This document shows positions 27,247 to 35,935 of a stretch of DNA of 64,000 nucleotides, one piece after another. Both the position numbers and the translations under genes were made by a program. The stretch is from IMG/VR virus record IMGVR_UViG_3300032288_004964, positions 124,001 through 188,000 of that record; one strand, given 5' to 3'. Under the pieces are notes generated by a model. It had not been told where the DNA came from, did not search any database, and was given only the letters and a program-made list of their open reading frames with translations. Every line of letters starts with the position of its first letter. Position 1 is the stretch's first letter.

Positions 27247-27591
27247 ATGCTTGATAAAATTGAATTAGATTTAAATAATCCTATATTTGTCGCTTATGTT
27301 GATGTTAAAAATATGAGTAGACAATCGGCAGAAGAATATCTTATCAGAACTAAAGAAAATTTTGAAATTTACAAAAATATCACCGTTTGGACAATTGCTT
27401 CTGATCAAACTAAAATTGAATGTGTTTATGATGGTAAGTCCAAAATTAGAGAAAAAGAATTAAATGACTTAATAAAAGAAATAAATACAAGAATAGATAT
27501 AATGTCTCAATCACATTCTTTTGAAGATTTTAAGATAAATATCAGAGATTGGAGAATAAATAATATTATAGATGGCGATAACCAAAAATAA
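27247..27591 (+). CDS. Small protein with T4 portal (gp20)-like segment plus R-tag
   Basis: IFVAYVDVKNMSRQSAEEYL versus gp20 (V/I)(W/F)Y(V/I)D.GN(M/L)P..KAE.(Y/H); C-terminal IRDWRINNII. Confidence 0.55.
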   Translation: MLDKIELDLNNPIFVAYVDVKNMSRQSAEEYLIRTKENFEIYKNITVWTIASDQTKIECVYDGKSKIREKELNDLIKEINTRIDIMSQSHSFEDFKINIRDWRINNIIDGDNQK

Positions 27592-27977
27592 AACCGAATT
27601 AATTGATAGAACCATATCATTAGAATCCGCTATTGAAGAATACTTTAGTGAAGGATATGATGATTACTATTATGATGATTTTTACTATGGTTGTTGTTGC
27701 TCAGCCTGTAATGGTTATTATACTGATGATTTTGAATATTTAGAAGATGAGAAGTGTAATCTAATTTATTTATTTATTTAGAAGAGGTATATTAATGTCT
27801 TTTGGCAAAAAACCTCAGATTGGTAGAATGATTGATATGAAAACGGTTTATTCAAAGGATATAATGAGACAAAAAAATATAGATATAGTATTAGGTTTGT
27901 CAAAAGAGTTTCAAAAAATAACAATAGGTGATTTATATGAAGAATATAGAAATATTCAGGGGAAGTTGGACAGTTGA
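27572..27977 (+). pseudogene. Gene split by a (TTTA)4 tract (ORFs 27572-27781 and 27795-27977)
   Basis: Removing one TTTA unit at 27765-27780 fuses the two ORFs in frame (LIYLFRRGILMSFGK). Confidence 0.55.
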
Positions 27978-29031
27978 TTATGTTAGAAACAACCCTGATA
28001 AAATATTTGTTTATAGTGATAATACATTTAAACAAGGTAAAGTAGGTCAATCTATAATCCGTGATTTACCAAATACTGTTGGTCTTAGAATCAAAAAAGG
28101 ACCAAACACTAAATCGGCCGCTTTTTATACAGACACTGAATTTATACAAAATAGAAAATATATCTTTGAGGATATATTAAAGATTAAAAATTATTTGATG
28201 TTAGGTAAAACAATAGTTTTATCAGAACAAGGGTATGGTAAATTAGATGGGTTAGAAACTAAATGTCCAATAACTTACAAATATATTTGTAGATGTTTGA
28301 AAGACCACTTTCAATATGATAATGAAACTGGTAGAACTTGGATGAGAATTCCATCACATTCTGAGATAATGAATGCAAAAGAGTTTATAATTGAAACTCT
28401 GACATATCAAAAAAACTCAAAAATATTATTAGAAATAGGAATCAATAAAATATTTGATTCTATAAAAGAAAGAAAAAAGATAGCTGTTTCACATGAAGAG
28501 ATATTTAATAATGGTGATATAGTAAAATTTATTTCTAAATGGGGAAATGAATGTATTATTTGTAAAGTAGTAACTGAGTCATATCCAGTTATCTCTATTC
28601 CAAAAGAATATTGGTCATCTTTTGAAGGAATTCCTTATAACTTTTCATATGAAGATGCTAAAACCCAATATCAATTTCAATTTCAATATATTTGCACTGT
28701 AGATATTGCTGGAACTATGACATTTAGTGAAGAATTATTCACTGATCCTGATCCATCAAAAGCTCCTAAAAGAGAAGAACCTAAGAAAGAAAAACCAAAG
28801 GAAAAAGAAAAAATTAAAAAGGAAAATAAAGAAATTGAAAACCAAGTAGCTGCTTCTGATGTTGTATTTTTATTTAATAAATTACAATCAAAAATTGATA
28901 CATTAATAGAACAAAAAAATTCTATTACAATTGATAGTGATGTTTATGATAAGTTAAAAGAACATCTAAAAGATAAGAATATCAGTATAAAAGACTACAT
29001 AGAAAATCTAATAAAAACTTCTTTAAGTTAG
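27928..29031 (+). CDS. Multidomain hypothetical protein (phage FV(F/Y)xDN domain, ASCH-like middle, RHH-like C-terminus)
   Basis: IFVYSDN...GQSIIR; SITIDSDVYDKLKEHLKDKNISIKDYIENLI. Confidence 0.55.
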   Translation: MIYMKNIEIFRGSWTVDYVRNNPDKIFVYSDNTFKQGKVGQSIIRDLPNTVGLRIKKGPNTKSAAFYTDTEFIQNRKYIFEDILKIKNYLMLGKTIVLSEQGYGKLDGLETKCPITYKYICRCLKDHFQYDNETGRTWMRIPSHSEIMNAKEFIIETLTYQKNSKILLEIGINKIFDSIKERKKIAVSHEEIFNNGDIVKFISKWGNECIICKVVTESYPVISIPKEYWSSFEGIPYNFSYEDAKTQYQFQFQYICTVDIAGTMTFSEELFTDPDPSKAPKREEPKKEKPKEKEKIKKENKEIENQVAASDVVFLFNKLQSKIDTLIEQKNSITIDSDVYDKLKEHLKDKNISIKDYIENLIKTSLS

Positions 29032-29041
29032 AAAAATTCCT

Positions 29042-29049
29042 TATATTTG
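29042..29049 (+). promoter_or_regulatory. Bacteroidota-type -7 box for the tRNA
   Basis: TATATTTG 10 nt before the tRNA 5' end. Confidence 0.6.
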
Positions 29050-29059
29050 TATAAATAAT

Positions 29060-29129
29060 GGTCCGGTGGCCGAGTGTTAGGCGGAGGCTCGCAAAGCCTC
29101 ATACGGTAGCTCACAACTATCCCGGACCT
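29060..29129 (+). tRNA. tRNA-Cys(GCA), atypical
   Basis: Acceptor GGTCCGG/CCGGACC with U73; anticodon stem GAGGC/GCCTC with loop TC-GCA-AA; T stem GGTAG/CTATC; no encoded CCA. Confidence 0.75.
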
Positions 29130-29142
29130 CTAAATAATATTT

Positions 29143-29535
29143 ATGGGTAAGAAATTTAATAAGATAGAAAATTGGGCAAAATCTCATGGTTATACTGTAA
29201 GATTTTCAATACGTGATGAAGTCAATTATACCGACAAGGAAATAACTCTCCGTAATCACAAGAATAAAGATAAAATGATGTATTCACTTTTGCATGAGTG
29301 TGGACATATAATAGTATCTGATAAAAAATCCTATAACAAAAACTATAAAATCCTTAATAAAGGATATGTAGATGGTAGACACACTAAAGGTCTTCTTTAT
29401 AAGTATAAACAATTAAGAGAGGAGATACAAGCTTGTGAAAGTGGATTTAAGCTTTCTAAGAAACTTGGAATAAAAATAAACAAAGAAGACTATGATAAAT
29501 ATGCTTCTGTTTGTTTTAATACTTACACTAAATAA
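29143..29535 (+). CDS. Zinc metallopeptidase-like (HExxH, ImmA/IrrE-like)
   Basis: LLHECGH...EEIQA. Confidence 0.65.
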   Translation: MGKKFNKIENWAKSHGYTVRFSIRDEVNYTDKEITLRNHKNKDKMMYSLLHECGHIIVSDKKSYNKNYKILNKGYVDGRHTKGLLYKYKQLREEIQACESGFKLSKKLGIKINKEDYDKYASVCFNTYTK

Positions 29536-29537
29536 AA

Positions 29538-30104
29538 ATGGATAGATGGTATAGATTAACTCCAGATGAGTTAAAAAAGGAATTTAGAGATTTCAAGCTA
29601 AAAGTTATGGATGATGTTATTGTTTTTAACATCACCAATGATGCTATTGATAATTTAAGTGAAGAATTAGACTTTGTGAAAAATACATTTAGAGAAGATG
29701 ATATTTTAACTGGGTCTATAGCTCTTAGATTATTTGGCCTTTTACATAGAAGATCTAGCGATGTTGACATTCTAATCAAAGATAAGAATAGATACTCTGG
29801 ATATATTAAAGAAAGATATGGTGATGATGAAACATCTACACCAAATAGACTAGGATATCTAAATTTTAAATATAAGCCAGGTATTTTTTATAAAACAAAA
29901 GAATATGAGGTTGATTTTTTTGAAGATTTAGGATCTAATTTTACTGAAATACCTGTTGGTGATTTTTTATATACTAGATATATTAGAATTCATAATCCTA
30001 TTGAGATTTTGGATTTTAAAATGAAAATGGCTATTGATGGTAAATCTGACAAACACAATGAGGATTTAACTAATATATTTCTTGGAACTACCAGTTTAAT
30101 TTAG
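29538..30104 (+). CDS. Nucleotidyltransferase-fold protein
   Basis: LTGSIAL...SDVDIL...EVDFF (hG[GS]...DxD...D). Confidence 0.7.
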   Translation: MDRWYRLTPDELKKEFRDFKLKVMDDVIVFNITNDAIDNLSEELDFVKNTFREDDILTGSIALRLFGLLHRRSSDVDILIKDKNRYSGYIKERYGDDETSTPNRLGYLNFKYKPGIFYKTKEYEVDFFEDLGSNFTEIPVGDFLYTRYIRIHNPIEILDFKMKMAIDGKSDKHNEDLTNIFLGTTSLI

Positions 30105-30115
30105 TATATTTGTGT

Positions 30116-30754
30116 ATGCCAAAATATACAAACTATCGATATATTTACCCACCCCGTCCTAGAAATGCAATCCCTGATACAGAGTTAGATTTCTGGGACA
30201 ATGGATCTTTAGTTGCTCAACCAAAGTTAAATGGTTCAAATACTACCATCTATACTAATGGTGTTAAGCATATTGTTATGAACCGTCATAGTCAAAGACT
30301 GACCAACTTCCAACTTACTGATAATGAGATTAAAGATATTTACCGTGGAACTGGTGAATGGATGGTTATCAATGGTGAATATATGAATAAATCAAAATCT
30401 GATGAAAATAATCAGGTATTTAATCATAAGTTTGTTATCTTTGATATTCTAACATTTGATGGTGAGTATTTAGTTGGTGATACTTTTGAACAAAGAATTC
30501 AACTATTGGATAAATTATATGGTCAAGTAGATTCTGAAAAAGACTATCTTTATAAGATATCTCAAAATGTTTATCGCGTTAAATCTTATTATAATGGATT
30601 CAAACCTTTATTTGATAAATTGACTCAAATTGATATGATTGAAGGATTAGTGATGAAAAGAAAGAATGCTAAATTAGAATTAGGTACTTCTGAAAACAAC
30701 AATACTAAAAGTCAATTGAAGTCTAGAAAGTCTACAAAAAACTATAAATACTAA
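30116..30754 (+). CDS. ATP-dependent ligase adenylation domain (no OB-fold)
   Basis: QPKLNG (I), INGE (III), FVIFDIL (IIIa), EGLVMK (IV); TATATTTG box at 30105-30112. Confidence 0.75.
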   Translation: MPKYTNYRYIYPPRPRNAIPDTELDFWDNGSLVAQPKLNGSNTTIYTNGVKHIVMNRHSQRLTNFQLTDNEIKDIYRGTGEWMVINGEYMNKSKSDENNQVFNHKFVIFDILTFDGEYLVGDTFEQRIQLLDKLYGQVDSEKDYLYKISQNVYRVKSYYNGFKPLFDKLTQIDMIEGLVMKRKNAKLELGTSENNNTKSQLKSRKSTKNYKY

Positions 30755-30778
30755 CCACCTGAAATAGGTGGTTTTTTT
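30753..30778 (+). terminator. Intrinsic terminator
   Basis: AACCACCT-GAAAT-AGGTGGTTTTTTT. Confidence 0.8.
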
Positions 30779-30809
30779 ATTTTAATATATAAGAAAAACT
30801 TATATTTTA

Positions 30810-31376
30810 ATGAAAAGGTTCAGTAGTTTAAAACCAAAGGATGAATTTAAAGAAGGGAAAGAAAAGGTTCTTTTTTCTGATAAAAATCTAAAAATTGTTC
30901 AATTTGAAGATTGGTCTGTAATAAAAGACCGTGATATTGCTGTTTGTATTCCTTACTTAATTGATACTAATCAAATAATTCTAAGATATGAGTATATTCC
31001 TACATTTAAGTATGTAGATGGTCAAGAATATCATGTTACTTTAATCGGTGGTGGTATAGAAGTTGGAGAAAGTCCAGAAAAAGCTATTGTTAGAGAGTTA
31101 GAAGAAGAAGCTGGTATTGTTTTAAGAGAAGATTTTAAATTAGAAGAAATGAAACCTCTTTTTATGACTAAGGGAACAGCTAATAAATATTATCCTTATA
31201 TTTTAACTTTAACTGAAAGAGATTATCATGAAGTTGTTGCTAAAGGCGATGGTTCTAAAGTTGAAGATATTAGTAAATCAGTAAAGGTAGATGCTAAATA
31301 TATTAAGTCACTTAATCCATCAGATTTAATAACAGATTATATGTTAATGAAAATAAAAGAATATCTTAATCAATAA
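30810..31376 (+). CDS. Nudix hydrolase (ADP-ribose pyrophosphatase-like)
   Basis: GGGIEVGESPEKAIVRELEEEAG. Confidence 0.85.
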   Translation: MKRFSSLKPKDEFKEGKEKVLFSDKNLKIVQFEDWSVIKDRDIAVCIPYLIDTNQIILRYEYIPTFKYVDGQEYHVTLIGGGIEVGESPEKAIVRELEEEAGIVLREDFKLEEMKPLFMTKGTANKYYPYILTLTERDYHEVVAKGDGSKVEDISKSVKVDAKYIKSLNPSDLITDYMLMKIKEYLNQ

Positions 31377-32729
31377 TTATTTAGATAAGTATCTCTTTAA
31401 GTCTGAATTAATATCTTTATTTAAAGCTACTGAATCCACATCTCCCCAATCCGAAAAGTGTGGTTCCATAGAATAGTTAAAACCCATTTCTCCGCAATAC
31501 TCCTTGAATAAGTCTACTAAGTCTCTACCCTTTAAATATTCAGCATCTGTATTTTCAGTCCAATCATTATTAAATTGAATTATATAGAATGTCACCATTT
31601 CTTTATACTCTTTTCTGGTTTGATTGCCTTCGGCATCTTTTGTTGTATAATATTTAGTAACTTCTTTTTCTGTTTTAGTGTATGAAAATTCTTTTTCAAC
31701 TATTTCATCAAATTCATCAAGAATTTCTTTATAGTTTGAATCAACATGAGCATTCATTTCCCAGTCTCCAATAGTTTGTCTTACTTCTTGACAGATTTCA
31801 GAATCCTTACATAATTGCTTTAATGTTGTATAAAATCTTTCCTTTAATAAAAAATCAATAACTTCATCTTCTGATTTATCTTTAACACTTTCATATGCTT
31901 CATCTGAACACTCATCACCAATATGATTAATCATACTTTCTAATCCACCAACTTCTTTAATCATAGATTTTACTAATAAAACTCCATTTTCCTTATTTAA
32001 TGTATATTCAAACATTGATAGTGTATCTGGTTGATAATCATGACCATAGTAATTATCATACATATTCTCTTCACCTTTTATTAAAATATCTTTATAATCT
32101 GATTTTCTTGATAACATAGCATCTGCCATATCTTCTATATCAACATGAATATAAACATTATCACCTTTTACTTCACAACTACTTTCCCATTCATAATAAT
32201 CAACTAAGTCAGCTTGTGTGAATTTAACTAATTCTTTTTGTTTAACAAATAGTGCTATATAACCATCAGCTTCTAACAATTCTGGTTCAGATGAATTCCA
32301 ATTATCTGTAAAGAATAAACCTCCTTTAACTTGTATGCCTTCTATATCTCCAATACCACCATCTGTATCATGTATAGATATATCAGCATTAGCTTTTTCT
32401 TTTATTATACTATAAGCAAATTTGATAGAATCACTAACATCTTCATTAGATACTCTATCACTTTCAGATATTCTAATCCAGTAAGCAGGTCTAATAGAAT
32501 CACCGGCTAAAACTTTTTCAGTAAAGACATCTTTTTCGGTTGATGGTTTATTGTAATGATGTTGAGTTACTTTTTGACAAAAGCCAAATTCAACTTCTAT
32601 AATATATCCTTCATCATCTAAATCTCTTAGATAATCTTGAATCTCATCTTCTGTTATTTTCCAGATAGATTGTTCTTCTATATCTTCTTTAATAGATTCT
32701 TTTATGAAGTCTAAATACTTTTTAATCAT
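31377..32729 (-). CDS. Acidic hypothetical protein with CTS-like N-terminus
   Basis: Starts MIKKYLDFIKESIKE. Confidence 0.75.
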   Translation of the reverse strand: MIKKYLDFIKESIKEDIEEQSIWKITEDEIQDYLRDLDDEGYIIEVEFGFCQKVTQHHYNKPSTEKDVFTEKVLAGDSIRPAYWIRISESDRVSNEDVSDSIKFAYSIIKEKANADISIHDTDGGIGDIEGIQVKGGLFFTDNWNSSEPELLEADGYIALFVKQKELVKFTQADLVDYYEWESSCEVKGDNVYIHVDIEDMADAMLSRKSDYKDILIKGEENMYDNYYGHDYQPDTLSMFEYTLNKENGVLLVKSMIKEVGGLESMINHIGDECSDEAYESVKDKSEDEVIDFLLKERFYTTLKQLCKDSEICQEVRQTIGDWEMNAHVDSNYKEILDEFDEIVEKEFSYTKTEKEVTKYYTTKDAEGNQTRKEYKEMVTFYIIQFNNDWTENTDAEYLKGRDLVDLFKEYCGEMGFNYSMEPHFSDWGDVDSVALNKDINSDLKRYLSK

Positions 32730-32740
32730 AAACTATATAT

Positions 32741-32773
32741 AAAAAAAGAGAGACTATTTTGTCTCTCTTTTTT
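32741..32773 (-). terminator. Intrinsic terminator
   Basis: AAAAAAAGAGAGAC-TATTTT-GTCTCTCTTTTTT. Confidence 0.8.
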
Positions 32774-32794
32774 AGCTGTTCACTTTATTTAATT

Positions 32795-33796
32795 TTATAT
32801 TTTAGATAATAATTCTGCTTTTTTTGTTGAGAATTCTTCATCTGTTAGGATACCTGCTGAATGTAAATCGGCTAATTTTTTGATTAGATCGATAACATCA
32901 TCAGATTCTCTTTTTAAGATATCTTTTAACTTAACTCCATTTACTTTTACCTTACCTTGTAAGTTAATTTCCTGTTCTTTAATATCCTTAGTTTCAACTG
33001 GTTTTCTACTTTCAGGTAATATCTGAATAATAGTAGAAGCGATATAATTATTTTCAAAGTCCATATCAATTTCAGTGAATTTCTGCGAAGATGATGAACC
33101 CTTTTCAACTCTACCTGTTTCCATATCTGATAACATGTGAGCTGATATAGGAATTGTATTAAGGTTTGAATTATTTAATACATTACTTAAATTTACCGTA
33201 TTTGATGTATAAGTGCAATTTATATTATCACTGCTTGAATACATAGCTGTATCAGAAGTTGTGAATGTGTTATTTGTACCATACAAATTTCCACCAGTTG
33301 TTATTGTAGTACCAATTATTGGTGATGTTGTTCCATACCAAAGTGGTCTATATGATGGATAATAGGTTGGATAATATACAGGATACCATTTTTCAACAAT
33401 GATTTTATCCATTTTAGTTTTCCAATTATCTAAAGTGATAATATCCTCTTTATAGAAGAACACTTCTAAAAGACCATTGTTTTGAGTCGCATCTAATGAC
33501 TCTTGACTTCCATCTATTTGATATGTAGAAAAGATGAATTTCTTTTTATCATCAATAAAACAATCAAGATAGAATCTTTGACCTGGTTTTAAAACTAGTC
33601 CAGTTTTTGAGATTGATTGGCCGTTTAATTTAATATCAGCGAGAACTGAAACGGTTAGTGGGTTAAACAATTCAATTTCGAATTCTTCTCCGTCATTTAA
33701 GAATGTTTTTCCGTTTTTAATTGATTTTCTGCCTCGATCCTTAGGAGAGACAATCCATGCACTTGGTTTAGTGCTACTTTGAGCAATTTTTGCCAT
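32795..33796 (-). CDS. Hypothetical protein with C-terminal SHOCT domain
   Basis: IKKLADLHSAGILTDEEFSTKKAELL; ETGRVEKG. Confidence 0.75.
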   Translation of the reverse strand: MAKIAQSSTKPSAWIVSPKDRGRKSIKNGKTFLNDGEEFEIELFNPLTVSVLADIKLNGQSISKTGLVLKPGQRFYLDCFIDDKKKFIFSTYQIDGSQESLDATQNNGLLEVFFYKEDIITLDNWKTKMDKIIVEKWYPVYYPTYYPSYRPLWYGTTSPIIGTTITTGGNLYGTNNTFTTSDTAMYSSSDNINCTYTSNTVNLSNVLNNSNLNTIPISAHMLSDMETGRVEKGSSSSQKFTEIDMDFENNYIASTIIQILPESRKPVETKDIKEQEINLQGKVKVNGVKLKDILKRESDDVIDLIKKLADLHSAGILTDEEFSTKKAELLSKI

Positions 33797-33911
33797 AGTT
33801 ATTCATTTTATTTTTGACCTATATCTTTGATTCTTTTCAAAATCTCAGCGATATCCAATTGATACCCGACATAAGTTGTAGCGAACAGCTAATATTATAT
33901 ATTGAAAAAGT

Positions 33912-34457
33912 TTATTCTTGTTGTAAACTTGTTCCACATTTTGGACAAAATTTAAAATTATTATTTTCAGTTCCACAATTATAACAGAACTTAATTTCAA
34001 CCGTTGATAATTTTGTTTCCTTAATAGGAGTAATCAAATTCTTTTTTCTTGTCATAAATATTCCATTTGTTGGAATTGTTATTCTACCATCTCTTTTACC
34101 TGGAATAAATACTTGTGGATTTGATACAACCTGATAATCCCAGTAATCCTTTATCCATCTAGTAAATATTTTTGTTTTTTGATTAATTTGTTCTCTATTT
34201 TCACCATTTATAAAAATAATAGCATTTTGGATATTATTCATTTCAGCATATCCCATACTTAACTCTATTAATGTATTCATAATAGTAAAAACTTCTCTAG
34301 CATCACCATCTTCTTTTGATAATTTTATAAAATCAATTGTCCAAAAGCCGGATCCTGGTGCAGTTTCATGTATTTTTGCCATATACGAAATACCAGAATC
34401 GGTGGTATATTTGTAAATACCATCCCATTCCATTCCTCTATCAATAACATAACTCAT
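33912..34457 (-). CDS. Hypothetical protein with C-terminal zinc ribbon
   Basis: FCYNCGTE...FCPKCGTSL. Confidence 0.7.
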   Translation of the reverse strand: MSYVIDRGMEWDGIYKYTTDSGISYMAKIHETAPGSGFWTIDFIKLSKEDGDAREVFTIMNTLIELSMGYAEMNNIQNAIIFINGENREQINQKTKIFTRWIKDYWDYQVVSNPQVFIPGKRDGRITIPTNGIFMTRKKNLITPIKETKLSTVEIKFCYNCGTENNNFKFCPKCGTSLQQE

Positions 34458-34515
34458 ATATCTATATATTATTTATTTATTGTTACTAATAATTTTGTTT
34501 TTAGTGAAAATTCCG

Positions 34516-34523
34516 TATATTTG
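34516..34523 (+). promoter_or_regulatory. Bacteroidota-type -7 box
   Basis: TATATTTG with TTTG about 18 nt upstream. Confidence 0.6.
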
Positions 34524-34543
34524 TATAATTAATCTAAATAAAA

Positions 34544-35728
34544 GTGATAAACAAAGATAACTTCATATTTGAAACATTTTTGAAACTAACATCAAATACA
34601 TATCCATATGGATATGAAGAAGTATTAGCAGAAGAAATGATTAAATCAGGTCTTTTTCCCGAACAAATTCAAAAAGACCAACACGGTAACTATTTTATAA
34701 AAATTGGTGAATCTAGAACTGTATTTACCTCTCATTTAGATACCGCTTGTAAAGACCACACTTCTGTATCTCATGTTTTAAGAGGTAACATGATTGAGAC
34801 AGATGGTAAAACTATTTTAGGTGCTGATGATAAAGCTGGTATGACTATTATGTTATGGATGATGTTACATAATATTCCAGGTCTTTATTACTTTTTTATT
34901 GGTGAAGAAGTTGGTTGTATTGGATCTGGATTAGCTTCTAAATACGGAGATTTCAAAGGTAAATATGATAGAATGATTTCATTTGACCGTAGAGGTTTAG
35001 ATTCTGTAATCACTTATCAATCTTCTTCAAGATGTTGTTCAGATGATTTTGGTAAACAATTAGCAAAACAATTAAATAAATCAGGATTAGGATTAGCTTA
35101 TAAAACAGATGATACTGGTGTTTATACAGACTCTGCTGAGTTTGTTGATATTATTCCAGAGTGTACTAATTTATCAGTTGGTTACTATAAAGAACATACT
35201 ACAGGTGAGAAACAAGATATAGAACATTTAAAGAAATTAGCAAAAGCTTGTTTATTAGTTAATTGGGAAGAATTAGTTACCAAGAGAGATATGACTAAAA
35301 CCGAGTATAAATCTCATAACTATGGATATGGTTCATATGGAAGAAAAACAACACCATCACATAGATGGTCTTATGATAATGATAATGATAATTGGAGGAG
35401 TCGTGACTTTGGGACTAAAAAATCGGCTAGAAGAGATTATGGATATCATGATGATTGGTATGACCAAAGTGAGTCTTTTAAGAAACAAGGTAAGAAATAC
35501 TATGACAATGGAAGTGGACTAATTGATATCACTGAAAATAAAAAGATTGTTAATACAAACTCTAATAAAAGAGGAGATTCTTATGAGTGGATTATGTCTA
35601 AATTTGTTGGTAAACTAACAGAAGATGATTTAGATATTATAAAAGAACAATATTTGGATTTAGATAATAACTCAGATAAATTATTTTATACTTACTTAGT
35701 TCAGTATGTTAGCGAGCAAGATCAATAA
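34544..35728 (+). CDS. M20/M28-like zinc peptidase
   Basis: SHLDT, LGADDKAG, GEEVG, SFDRRG, YYKEHT. Confidence 0.85.
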   Translation: MINKDNFIFETFLKLTSNTYPYGYEEVLAEEMIKSGLFPEQIQKDQHGNYFIKIGESRTVFTSHLDTACKDHTSVSHVLRGNMIETDGKTILGADDKAGMTIMLWMMLHNIPGLYYFFIGEEVGCIGSGLASKYGDFKGKYDRMISFDRRGLDSVITYQSSSRCCSDDFGKQLAKQLNKSGLGLAYKTDDTGVYTDSAEFVDIIPECTNLSVGYYKEHTTGEKQDIEHLKKLAKACLLVNWEELVTKRDMTKTEYKSHNYGYGSYGRKTTPSHRWSYDNDNDNWRSRDFGTKKSARRDYGYHDDWYDQSESFKKQGKKYYDNGSGLIDITENKKIVNTNSNKRGDSYEWIMSKFVGKLTEDDLDIIKEQYLDLDNNSDKLFYTYLVQYVSEQDQ

Positions 35729-35921
35729 TATCTTTTGTCTTTATTATTTCATCTGGAGCATTCTTAATTTTAGAATTAGGAATGTTGTGTGTAACTTTAT
35801 AGGATTGTTTAGATACTTTCTCAAGTATTTTAACAGGTGTAATCATATCATTATACCAATATTCTATAAGAATGATATCACCTTCATTGTAAAAAGATTT
35901 ATATTCAAGTAAAAACTTCAT
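35709..35921 (-). CDS. Small SH3-like protein with CTS-like N-terminus
   Basis: MKFLLEYKSFYNE; AATATATA-GTTT-ATG. Confidence 0.6.
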   Translation of the reverse strand: MKFLLEYKSFYNEGDIILIEYWYNDMITPVKILEKVSKQSYKVTHNIPNSKIKNAPDEIIKTKDIIDLAR

Positions 35922-35935
35922 AAACTATATATTAA

